Shown here one piece after another: positions 8,387 through 16,137 of a DNA stretch of 64,000 nt. The stretch spans positions 6,389-70,388 of the forward strand of contig CAZZFT010000010.1 in assembly GCA_964653555.1 (NCBI GenBank). Direction: 5' to 3'. Numbering within the stretch: position 1 is the stretch's first letter; each line of letters begins with the position of its first letter. The notes under the pieces were generated by a model, which saw only the letters and a program-made list of their open reading frames with translations, did not search any database and was not told where the DNA came from. The translations under genes and the position numbers were made by a program. The stretch comes from an uncultured Spirochaetales bacterium (GTDB taxonomy: Bacteria > Myxococcota_A > UBA9160 > SMWR01).

Positions 8387-10072
8387 CTACGCACCGCGGA
8401 TCACCTCTCCGGGGAAGGCGCCCGTCGGCTGGCCCTTCTCCATCGCCGGAACGCCGTTGACGATCACCATCTCGTAGCCGCGCGCGTCGACGGTATAGCG
8501 CTCGGTGCCGCCCGGGAAGTCGCGCGCGATCGTGTGCTCGCCGGCTGCGAGATTGGGCAGGTCGATCAACGCGAGGTCCGCCTTGCCGCCGGTGCGGATC
8601 ACTCCACGGTCGACCAGGCCGTGCACGGCCGCCGGCATTCCGGCCAGCCGCCAGATCGCGTGCTCGAGCGAGACCGCTTCGGGCACCCAGTCGGTGAGCA
8701 GCAGGGTCGTGTAGTCGGCGCCGACGAAGCTCGCGAGGTGGGCGCCGCCGTCGCTCGAGCCCGCCATCACCAGCGGGTCCCGCACCGACGTGCGCACGAC
8801 GTTGGCGATGAACTCGCGCGCGGCCGGCAGCGTGCGCACGTTCCAGCAGGTCGCGAGGCGCTCGGAGATCGAGACGTCCAGGAACGCGTCGAGGGCGTCG
8901 CCGCCCCGCTCGGCGGCGATCTCCGCCGCGCTCCGTCCGACGAGCGCACGGTTGGCGTCGCTGCGGACCAGCTCGACCTCGAGGATCTCGATCGGGAACG
9001 GCGCGGCGCGGTTCTCCCGGAGCAGGTCCGCTCGCAGCCGCTGGCGGACCGCGGGGTCCGAGAGCTTGCGACAGCGCTCCTCGACGCTGCCCGTCAGCGC
9101 CTCGAGCCAGGCGGGCATCTCGTCGAAGACGAAGGTGTCGTCGAGCCGCAGGTGCAGAGCGAGGCGCTGGGTCGCGAACTGGGGGTGCATGCGCAGGCCC
9201 TGGCCGCGCGCCTCGTGCACGAAGTCGAGGGCGCGCTGCCAGCCCATCGGCTGGTCCGGCGTCGGGGCGAGCAGGCCCAGCTCGATCGGCTTCCCCGAGG
9301 CGTGCGCGATCTCGAGCAGCAGCTTCCGGTCTTCCTCGTCGAACCCGACGCTGTGGCTGCGCGGGATGATCTCGACCACGCCGTAGGGGAACTCGGCGAG
9401 CACCGAGCACAGCGCCACGATCTCCTCCGGCGCCGCGAAGTTCGAGGGCACCCCGCGGCCGTCCTCTCCAACGTGCAAGTCGAGCTGCGAGGTGGAGAAG
9501 CCGACGGCGCCCTCGCCGAGCGCCTGGCGCACCAGCGCCTGCATTTCCCCGATCTCCTCGGGAGTGGCGGCGCGCTGCGAAGCATCGTCGCCCATGGCGT
9601 GGCGGCGCACTGCGCAGTGGCCGACGTAGCCGCCGACGTTCAGCGCGATGCGACCCTCGAGCCGCGACCAGTAGTCGGAGAAGCCGCCGCCCGAGAAGCG
9701 GAAGCCCTCCCGCAGCGCCGCGCGCGACATGCCCTCCACGCGCGTCAGCATTCCCGCCAGCCAGTCGACGTCGGCGGGTTTCGCCGGGTACAGGGTGAAG
9801 CCGCAGTTGCCCGTCAGCACCGTGGTGACACCGTGCTGCATCGAGGGAGACGCCGCCGGATCCCAGTCGAGCTGCACGTCGTAGTGGGTGTGGACGTCGA
9901 TGAAGCCGGGCGCGACGAGCAGGCCGTCGGCGTCCACCGTGCGCCGCGCACTCCCGTCGACGCGGCCGATCGCTGCGATCCGTCCGCCCGACACGGCGAC
10001 GTCGGCGGTGAAGCCGGGCAGCCCGGTCCCGTCGACGACGTTGCCTCCGCGGATCACGAGGTCGTAGGTCAT
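8387..10072 (-). CDS. D-aminoacylase-type (N-acyl-D-amino-acid deacylase family) amidohydrolase
   Basis: 561 aa from the ATG at 10072, with the strong RBS 'GAGGAGaagcgATG'. Has 'DLVIRGGNVVDGTG' and the metal-binding 'PGFIDVHTHYD'. The track start at 10153 (TTG) sits in the -35 of the putative promoter. Confidence 0.85.
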   Translation of the reverse strand: MTYDLVIRGGNVVDGTGLPGFTADVAVSGGRIAAIGRVDGSARRTVDADGLLVAPGFIDVHTHYDVQLDWDPAASPSMQHGVTTVLTGNCGFTLYPAKPADVDWLAGMLTRVEGMSRAALREGFRFSGGGFSDYWSRLEGRIALNVGGYVGHCAVRRHAMGDDASQRAATPEEIGEMQALVRQALGEGAVGFSTSQLDLHVGEDGRGVPSNFAAPEEIVALCSVLAEFPYGVVEIIPRSHSVGFDEEDRKLLLEIAHASGKPIELGLLAPTPDQPMGWQRALDFVHEARGQGLRMHPQFATQRLALHLRLDDTFVFDEMPAWLEALTGSVEERCRKLSDPAVRQRLRADLLRENRAAPFPIEILEVELVRSDANRALVGRSAAEIAAERGGDALDAFLDVSISERLATCWNVRTLPAAREFIANVVRTSVRDPLVMAGSSDGGAHLASFVGADYTTLLLTDWVPEAVSLEHAIWRLAGMPAAVHGLVDRGVIRTGGKADLALIDLPNLAAGEHTIARDFPGGTERYTVDARGYEMVIVNGVPAMEKGQPTGAFPGEVIRGA

Positions 10073-10122
10073 CGCTTCTCCTCGGGCGTGCGGGAGCCGG
10101 CGCACCGGCCACCCGAGTTTAC

Positions 10123-10153
10123 ATAGTAACCAAAATGTATCTCGGGATGTCAA
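10123..10153 (-). promoter_or_regulatory. candidate sigma70-type promoter of the 10072->3571 operon, in a local low-GC island
   Basis: The minus strand reads TTGACA (10153-10148), then 18-19 nt, then TTACTAT (10129-10123). This is embedded in the AT-rich stretch 'gagtttacatagtaaccaaaatgtatctcgggatgtcaatcat', about 50 nt upstream of the ATG at 10072. A short inverted repeat TACAT-N10-ATGTA overlaps the -10. Confidence 0.35.
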
Positions 10154-10177
10154 TCATCGGGGCGGGGATCCCCCTCG

Positions 10178-10954
10178 TCAGGTGCCGTTGGCCATTCGGC
10201 CGCCGTCGACGGTGATCAGATCGCCGGTGTGGTAGCGGGCCGCATCGCTGATCAGGTACACGGCGATGCCCCCGATCTCCTCGGGAGTGGCCATCCGGCC
10301 GAGCGGAATCTTCGCGACCGCCGCCTGGCCGAGCGGATGGCTCTCGTCGAAGGGCACCATCTCCGACTTCGTGAGTCCGGCGCAGATCATGTTGGCGCAG
10401 ATGCCCAGCGGGCCGAGCTCGAGGGCGAAGGTGCGCACCAGTCCCGCCATCGCGCTCTTCGCTGCGGCGTAGTGCCCGATACCGGGTGTCGCGGCGAAGT
10501 TCGTCAGGCTGCCCGTAGCGATCAGCGACCCGCCCCGGTCGCCGGTCTTCGCTCGCTCCACCATGTGGCGCGCTCCCTCGCGCAGCGTGACGAAGGCGCC
10601 GCGCTGGGCGACGCGCTGGAGCGCGTCGTACTGGTCGAGGGACATCTCCACCAACGGCGAGAGGCACACGAACCCGGCGTTGGCGATCACGCCGTCGAGC
10701 CGTCCCATCTCCTCGAGGGCGCGGGCGAAGCCGCGCTGCTGGGCCGTCTCGTCGGCCACGTCGACCGCGAGACTCGCCAGGCGGACCCCGTGCGCGCGCA
10801 GCCGCTTCGCCGCTTCCTCGTTGCGGTCTGCGCGTCGTCCCCAGATCACGATGTCACCCCCGGCGCGGGCGATCGCCTCGGCGAAGCCGAAGCCGATCCC
10901 CGAGTTGCCGCCGGTGATCAGAGTGACCTTGCCAGAGAGATCGAAGGGGTTCAT
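10178..10954 (-). CDS. short-chain dehydrogenase/reductase (SDR)
   Basis: 258 aa from the ATG at 10954 (RBS GGGAGG). Has 'TGGNSGIGFG' (TGxxxGIG), the catalytic 'YAAAKSA' (YxxxK) and 'HTGDLITVDGG'. Confidence 0.9.
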   Translation of the reverse strand: MNPFDLSGKVTLITGGNSGIGFGFAEAIARAGGDIVIWGRRADRNEEAAKRLRAHGVRLASLAVDVADETAQQRGFARALEEMGRLDGVIANAGFVCLSPLVEMSLDQYDALQRVAQRGAFVTLREGARHMVERAKTGDRGGSLIATGSLTNFAATPGIGHYAAAKSAMAGLVRTFALELGPLGICANMICAGLTKSEMVPFDESHPLGQAAVAKIPLGRMATPEEIGGIAVYLISDAARYHTGDLITVDGGRMANGT

Positions 10955-11026
10955 CGTGACGCTGCCTCCCGGTGGTGCGCAGGCTATCAGAAGGCTCGGG
11001 ACGGCAAGCAGGAGAGAGATCCGTCG

Positions 11027-11418
11027 ATGCAGCAGCTGCGGATCCACGTGCTCGGAAAGGTCTCCCTCGACGAGCTGGCCACGCCCGAGCTCGGGCCGCG
11101 CGACGCGATCCTGCGCGTGAAGGCGTGCGGCATCTGCGGCAGCGCATGGTCGCCCCGGCGCGTCCCAGCGCCTGGATCTCGATCGTCGCGCTGCACCGCG
11201 CACCCGAGCCGGTCGACTTCCTGTCGGTGATGGCGAAGCAGCTCACCCTCGCCGGATCGATGGCCTACCCGGACGACTACGGCGAGATGGTGCGCATGCT
11301 GTCCGAGGTGGACCTGTCGCCGGCGATCACCCGCCGCTTTCCCCTGGCGCGCTTCCAGGAGGCCCTGGCCACCGCGCGCGACCCGGCGGTCGCAGGCAAG
11401 GTGCTGATCGAGCCCTGA
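11027..11418 (+). pseudogene. zinc-type alcohol dehydrogenase (MDR family) remnant with large internal deletion and frame change
   Basis: Frame 1 from the ATG at 11027 gives the MDR N-terminus 'MQQLRIHVLGKVSLDELATPELGPRDAILRVKACGICGS', then nonsense to a stop at 11230. A second frame gives the MDR C-terminus 'ISIVALHRAPEPVDFLSVMAKQLTLAGSMAYPDDYGEMVRMLSEVDLSPAITRRFPLARFQEALATARDPAVAGKVLIEP*' ending at 11418. The junction is near 11145-11165. About 200 central codons, including the Rossmann domain, are missing. Confidence 0.65.
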
Positions 11419-11472
11419 GCTGTGCGGCCGACGCGCGGACCCGCAAGCCCGAAGCAACGGGCTCCCGCCAGG

Positions 11473-12633
11473 CTAGGCGCCGGAGGAGAGGCAGGCGTAG
11501 GTCGCCGAAACCAGGCTCTCGGCGCGCGGGTCGCCGGTGACGCCGAGCTGCATCTGGTTCATCGCGTAGCCGAACGCGATTCCCGTCTCGGGGTCGGCGA
11601 AGCCGAGCGAGCCCCCCGCACCCGGGTGCCCGAAGGCGGACTCGGGCGCGGCGGCACAGAGGCTGGGAGAGAGCATGAAGCCGAGCGCGAAGTGCGTCGG
11701 AAAGAGCAGCACGCGATCGGGCCCGTGCACCCGGGACGTGGTGGCCGTGGCCAGGGCCGCGGGCGACAGCAGCCGAACGCCGTCCACCTCGCCGATCAGC
11801 GCCGCATAGAAGCGCGCCAGCGCGCGGGCGCTGCCGATCCCGTTCGAGGAGGGCATCTCGGCCGCGTGCAGCGCGCGCGTGTTCCACATCGGGCCGTAGG
11901 AGAACAAGCGCGAAGGCCCCTCCAGGACGCGGCCCAGGAGCGTCTCGGGGCCCAGGAAGCGCGCGCGCAGCGCGAGCTCTTCGGGGTCCGTGGGCTCGGG
12001 GGCCGGGTAGAGCGTCGCGACGCGCCCCTCCTCGCGCTCGGGAAGGCCGATCCAGAAGTCGAGGCCGAGAGGCCCGGCGACCTCCTTCGCGAACAGCTGC
12101 CCCGGGGTCGTTCCGGTCGCGCGCCGCACCACCTCGCCGAGGATCCAGCCGAAGGATCGCGCGTGATAGCCGTGGGCCGCACCCGGCTCCCAGTTCGGCG
12201 CCTGGGCGGCGATCGCGGCGCACACCGGATCCCAGGCGAGCACCTGTTCCAGGGTGAGCTCGCCGTCCACGGCGGCGAGACCCGCGCGGTGGCTGAGCAC
12301 CTCGCGCAGCGTGATCGCCTGCTTGCCGCGCGCCGCGAACTCGGGCCAGTAGCGCGCCACGGGGGCGTCGAGGTCCAGCACGCCGCGCTCCACCAGCAGG
12401 TGGACGAGCGCCGCCGTCGGCCCCTTGGTCGAGGAGAAGAGCAGGACGGAGGTGTCGCGCAGCCAGGGGCGGCGCGCCTCGCGGTCCGCGTAGCCGCCCC
12501 AGATGTCCACGACCGGTCGGCCGTCTCGATGGACGCAGCAGGCCGCGCCGACCTCGCGCTTGGCGAGGTTTCGCGCGAACGCCTCGCGCACCGCTTCGAA
12601 GCCCGGGGCACAGGAACCGTGCACGATCGCCAC
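11473..12633 (-). CDS. beta-lactamase-family serine hydrolase (class C / EstB-like esterase)
   Basis: 386 aa, GTG start. Has the Ser-x-x-Lys motif 'FSSTKG', plus 'ITLREVLSHRAGL' and 'FGHPGAGGSLGFADPE'. Confidence 0.85.
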   Translation of the reverse strand: MAIVHGSCAPGFEAVREAFARNLAKREVGAACCVHRDGRPVVDIWGGYADREARRPWLRDTSVLLFSSTKGPTAALVHLLVERGVLDLDAPVARYWPEFAARGKQAITLREVLSHRAGLAAVDGELTLEQVLAWDPVCAAIAAQAPNWEPGAAHGYHARSFGWILGEVVRRATGTTPGQLFAKEVAGPLGLDFWIGLPEREEGRVATLYPAPEPTDPEELALRARFLGPETLLGRVLEGPSRLFSYGPMWNTRALHAAEMPSSNGIGSARALARFYAALIGEVDGVRLLSPAALATATTSRVHGPDRVLLFPTHFALGFMLSPSLCAAAPESAFGHPGAGGSLGFADPETGIAFGYAMNQMQLGVTGDPRAESLVSATYACLSSGA

Positions 12634-12685
12634 GGTTCCCTTCTAGCAGCTTCGTCGGATCCGGGCCGTGCGGATGCCGTGAGAA

Positions 12686-12728
12686 GGGCGCTCCCCGCCA
12701 CAGGCCCAGAACTGCGCGGGGAGCGCCC
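12686..12728 (-). terminator. perfect 13-bp GC-rich inverted repeat (stem-loop) downstream of the integrase gene
   Basis: GGGCGCTCCCCGC (12686-12698) and GCGGGGAGCGCCC (12716-12728) are exact reverse complements separated by a 17-nt loop. There is no U-tract, so a terminator function is only a guess. It could equally be a protein or recombination site. Confidence 0.3.
12709..12719. repeat. left copy of 11-bp direct repeat GAACTGCGCGG flanking the integrase
   Basis: The exact 11-mer occurs again at 13568-13578. The two copies bracket the integrase ORF. Chance occurrence is not excluded. Confidence 0.3.
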
Positions 12729-12824
12729 GCACCCGGAGCCCGGGCAGCAAGGGAGCGAGGTCCCGGGGCCGGGCGCAAGAATCGACGTCCGGTGCATCGG
12801 CGCGCGCAGACGTCCGGGCTCGGA

Positions 12825-13424
12825 TCACGTCAGCCAGCCGTCGCGCCGTCGCATGGCCTCGGCGAGGCCATCCGGCGCCACGCGGGTGAGATAGCGCTGG
12901 GTGGTGGCGGGGCTGCCGTGGCCGAGCTGGGCCTGGATCAGGCCGATCGGCACGCCCTCGCGAGCGAGCTCGGCAGCGAGCGTGCGCCGCAGCACCTCCG
13001 CCGACACGCGTTTGTCCAGGCGGGCCTTGCGGCCGAGCCGCGCGAACAGAGCACGCAGGTAGGAGGGACTGATCGTTCCGCCCTGGAGCGTGCAGAACAG
13101 GGGACAGCGCGCGTCGAGGGCGAGCTCTCTCCGGCGCGCGAGCCAGGTGTCCAGCACCCGGAAGGAGGCGCCGTCGAGTGCCACGATCCTGTGTCGGTTG
13201 GGACGCGCGACGCGGATCGTTCCATCCTCGCGGTCCACGTTTCGCGACGGGAGCGCGATCACCTCCGCGACGCGCAGGCCGCATCGGTACATCACCGTGA
13301 TCAGAGCGCGGTTGCGCAGGCCCGTGGACGACCGGACCGAGCACGCTTCCAAGAGCCGGCGTACTTCTTCCGGTGTCAGCAGATCGTTTCTCCCGGATTC
13401 TCGACCCGACCCGTTCGGAACCAC
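12825..13424 (-). CDS. short tyrosine recombinase/integrase (catalytic domain only, non-canonical active site)
   Basis: 199 aa, GTG start. Box I 'LRNRALITVMYRCGLRVAEVIAL'; box II 'SAEVLRRTLAAELAREG...LGHGSPATTQRYL'. Arg, Arg, His and the Tyr nucleophile are present, but the first box-II His is Glu (HxLR -> EVLR). There is no N-terminal core-binding domain. Confidence 0.8.
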   Translation of the reverse strand: MVPNGSGRESGRNDLLTPEEVRRLLEACSVRSSTGLRNRALITVMYRCGLRVAEVIALPSRNVDREDGTIRVARPNRHRIVALDGASFRVLDTWLARRRELALDARCPLFCTLQGGTISPSYLRALFARLGRKARLDKRVSAEVLRRTLAAELAREGVPIGLIQAQLGHGSPATTQRYLTRVAPDGLAEAMRRRDGWLT

Positions 13425-13567
13425 CTGTCACCACCTGACGCGTTCCGTGAGCCCGAGTCAGGGCATCACGACACTCGATGGATTCTGTGGGAGGCATTGC
13501 GGTCGCGGCAATACCCCAGGGCATCATGTGCGCCCGTTACCGAGGTCGGCCCACCAGAAAAGTGTCG

Positions 13568-13578
13568 GAACTGCGCGG
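13568..13578. repeat. right copy of 11-bp direct repeat GAACTGCGCGG
   Basis: Identical to 12709-12719. Confidence 0.3.
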
Positions 13579-13635
13579 CGCGACGGAAAGCGGGGCGCGA
13601 CGGGACGCAAGTGTCCTTGCGGCCCGCGATCCCGT

Positions 13636-14937
13636 TCAGCCCCGGCGGTCGAGGCGTGGGAACGCGCGTCCGATCGACGCGAGCCACTGCACCAGGCGTA
13701 CCGCGTGCAGACTCACCACGGGCTTGCCGCTGGCGCACAGGGCCACGGCGAGGGCGCGGTCCGGATCCGCCCAGGAGAAGGTATTGGTGAAGCCGATGTG
13801 GCCGAAGGCGTTCTCGTTGTCGACGCCGAAGAGGCTGACGCCGCTGCTGCCAAGCATGAAGCCGAGCCCGTAGCGGATCGGCAGCCCGAGCGTGAGATCG
13901 ACCTCCCACCACGCCGCTTCGCCGGTCGCGTGGCGTACCGTGCTCGGTGCGAAGACCTGGATACCGTTCTGCTCACCCCCGTCGAGCAGGCACTGGTAGA
14001 AGGCGCACAGCTCGCTCGCGGTGGAGACGATGTTCGCCGAGGGGACGATCCCGGTCAGGAAACGCGGGTCGTTCGCGATCGCAACCACCTGGTCGAGGTC
14101 GGCGCCGAGCGCGTTGCGCAGTACGATCGAGGCGGGGAAGGGCACCGGAGGACCGGTGACGGCATCGCGCGCCACGAGAGGAAGGTCTTCCTCGCGCACT
14201 CCATAGCGCATCCAGCGATAGCCGAGCGGCCCCACGATCTCGCGCTCGAGCACCGTGCGGATGTCGTCTCCGGTGACGCGCCGCACCACCTCGGCGAGTA
14301 CGAATCCTCCGGTGGCGGCGTGATAGGCGAGGACCCGCCCCGGTCGCGAGCGCAGTCGGGACTCGCACAGGATCTCCACCACCTTCTCGGGTCGGGCGAG
14401 TAGATCGAGGTCGAGAGACTCGGGAGGCAGGTTCGGGATCCCCGCCTTGTGGGAGAGCAGATGCCGCAGGGTGATGCGGTGCTTTCCGTGCTTCGCGAAC
14501 TCGGGAATGAAGTCGCAGACGCGGTCCTCCAGGTGGAGCACGCGCTTCTCGTCGAGCTTGTGGATCACCATCGCGGTGATCGCCTTGCTCGCGGAGAAGA
14601 TGTCGAAGGGCGTGCTCGTGCTGGCCGACAGCTTCGGCGCATCCGGGGGGTCGCCCGGCGCGTTGCCGCGCGCGTGGCCGATCGCCCGGTTCAGCACCAC
14701 CACGCCCCGGCGGCGCACGCAGAGCTGGAGCGCGGGGTGGACACCCGTGCGATAGAGCGCGACGACGGCGCTCCACACGCGCTCGACGTTGGCGGCCGGC
14801 ACGTCGGACCCGCCGGGATCCTCCCGGCCGACGTCGATCAGCCCGCTCGGGTCGCGGGGCACGCGGCAGCGCTTGATTCCGGGTATTCTCGCCTGGCCGA
14901 TCCAGTAGAGCGGATCCACGGCGGCCCTCGCGGTCAC
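13636..14937 (-). CDS. beta-lactamase-family serine hydrolase
   Basis: 433 aa. The GTG at 14937 overlaps the stop of the SWIM gene (GTGA). Has the Ser-x-x-Lys motif 'FSASKAIT', plus 'ITLRHLLSHKAGI' and 'FGHIGFTNTFSWADPD'. It is the tail of track ORF 13636..15810. Confidence 0.85.
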   Translation of the reverse strand: MTARAAVDPLYWIGQARIPGIKRCRVPRDPSGLIDVGREDPGGSDVPAANVERVWSAVVALYRTGVHPALQLCVRRRGVVVLNRAIGHARGNAPGDPPDAPKLSASTSTPFDIFSASKAITAMVIHKLDEKRVLHLEDRVCDFIPEFAKHGKHRITLRHLLSHKAGIPNLPPESLDLDLLARPEKVVEILCESRLRSRPGRVLAYHAATGGFVLAEVVRRVTGDDIRTVLEREIVGPLGYRWMRYGVREEDLPLVARDAVTGPPVPFPASIVLRNALGADLDQVVAIANDPRFLTGIVPSANIVSTASELCAFYQCLLDGGEQNGIQVFAPSTVRHATGEAAWWEVDLTLGLPIRYGLGFMLGSSGVSLFGVDNENAFGHIGFTNTFSWADPDRALAVALCASGKPVVSLHAVRLVQWLASIGRAFPRLDRRG

Positions 14938-16136
14938 TCGTCCCGATCTTCGTTGACCGGACCCGCTCCCAGATAGACGTCTAGGCCGGCGATCGAGGCA
15001 TTGCGGTAGATGCGGGCCATGGCGGCCTCGCAGTTGGATTGCCCGCGCCAGAACGGGAAGCCGCCGAGTCGCGCGACCACGGCACCCGGCTTGCGCGGGA
15101 TGCGCACCTCGATCTCCTCGTCGCGCGGGCGGGACGCTCCGCCCCAGAATGCGCCGGGGTCCTCGGGCAGCGGCTCGTCCGGGACGATCCGCTCGGGCGG
15201 CGGCTCGATCACCTCGGGGATCGGCGGCAGCTCGCCCAGCAGCTCGCCGTCCTCGTCGAATTCGTCGTACTCGTCCCGGAAGGACTCGGGGGGCGGCGGG
15301 GCGGGGGGCTTCGGGATCGCTGCCGACCCGAGGGCCGCCAGCAGCTCGCCGCGCTCCATTCCCCGCAGCTGGAAGATCAGGAAGGGATCGCGGTCGAACT
15401 CCTCCCCCAGCAGGTAGTAGACCGCCGCGATGTGCTTGCAGGGATTGGCGTTGTCCGGGCAGGAGCAGTTCGCCTTCAGGTCGCCGCTGGCGTTCGGAAA
15501 CAGCGAGAGGTTCTGTTCCTCGAACACGGCCAGGATCTCTTCGGGGATCTGCCCGCTGCCCAGCTCGACCGCGATGTCCGGTCGTTGGGTCAGTGCCTTC
15601 GTCACCTTCTTCCAGTCGGTGCTCGAGAGCATCGAGAAGTGCATGCGAACGAGATAGGGAGCGTCGCGCGACCCCTGGACGTGGGCGGTGACGAAGCCCT
15701 TGCCGATCTCGATGTCGACGATGTGTCCCTGGCGGGCGTAGTTGCGCCCGCGACCGAGGCGCCGCCCCACGGCGAACTTCTCGAGCACGTCGACCCAACG
15801 CCGCGCCCACCAGTTCTCCGCGACACGCCCGCGCCGGACCCTGCCGCGGTTGCCGTTGCGATGGGGGCGCCCCCGTCCCCGGTTCTGGGAGCGCGGGCCG
15901 CGTCGTTGGCCCTGGCGCTGGCCGCCGTTCGGCCGCGCTTCGGCGTCCTGCGGCGCATCCTCGCGCCCCCGGCTCGCGGTCTCCACTTCCCGATCGTGAC
16001 CGTTTGCGCCGTCGCTCCTGGCGTTTCCGCCCGGCTTCTCGCGGAATCCGCCGGGCCCGCGTCCGGCCGACCCGCGCCCACCGCGTCGCCGCCGCCGGCG
16101 TCGCCGCCGTCCTTCGTTTCCGGACTCTTCCGACAT
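14934..16136 (-). CDS. SWIM zinc-finger protein with Arg/Gly-rich N-terminal tail (partner of the SNF2 helicase)
   Basis: 400 aa. SWIM CxCxnCxH signature 'CSCPDNANPCKHIAAVYY'. The first ~105 aa are Arg/Gly-dominated, including nine consecutive Arg codons. The start lies 1 nt after the SNF2 stop. Confidence 0.85.
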   Translation of the reverse strand: MSEESGNEGRRRRRRRRRGGRGSAGRGPGGFREKPGGNARSDGANGHDREVETASRGREDAPQDAEARPNGGQRQGQRRGPRSQNRGRGRPHRNGNRGRVRRGRVAENWWARRWVDVLEKFAVGRRLGRGRNYARQGHIVDIEIGKGFVTAHVQGSRDAPYLVRMHFSMLSSTDWKKVTKALTQRPDIAVELGSGQIPEEILAVFEEQNLSLFPNASGDLKANCSCPDNANPCKHIAAVYYLLGEEFDRDPFLIFQLRGMERGELLAALGSAAIPKPPAPPPPESFRDEYDEFDEDGELLGELPPIPEVIEPPPERIVPDEPLPEDPGAFWGGASRPRDEEIEVRIPRKPGAVVARLGGFPFWRGQSNCEAAMARIYRNASIAGLDVYLGAGPVNEDRDE

Positions 16137-16137
16137 G

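Larger units (their letters stand above)
12709..13578 (-). mobile_element. possible minimal integrase cassette / relic of an integrated element
   Basis: The integrase ORF is bracketed by the 11-bp direct repeat. G+C is visibly lower in 13380-13640. The cassette sits between two paralogous serine-hydrolase genes. No cargo genes are present. Confidence 0.25.

Noticed and set aside
4020-10112. 2030-aa track ORF on the minus strand, and similarly 3571..6120, 13636..15810, 16138..19641, 24075..25859, 26585..28228, 43724..45610, 44917..47682, 57150..60023, 60043..61350 and 61648..63867
   Set aside because: Only the 3'-terminal part of each ORF has protein-family sequence. The long upstream parts are Arg/Pro/Gly/Ala-rich and overlap well-supported genes in other frames. 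They are open by chance because stop codons are rare at this G+C. Real starts were placed at internal ATG/GTG codons with RBS or overlap geometry.
10229-11230. 333-aa plus-strand ORF spanning the SDR gene
   Set aside because: It is antisense to the well-supported SDR for most of its length. Only its last ~68 codons, from the ATG at 11027, are meaningful. They are the N-terminal piece of the deleted Zn-ADH pseudogene.
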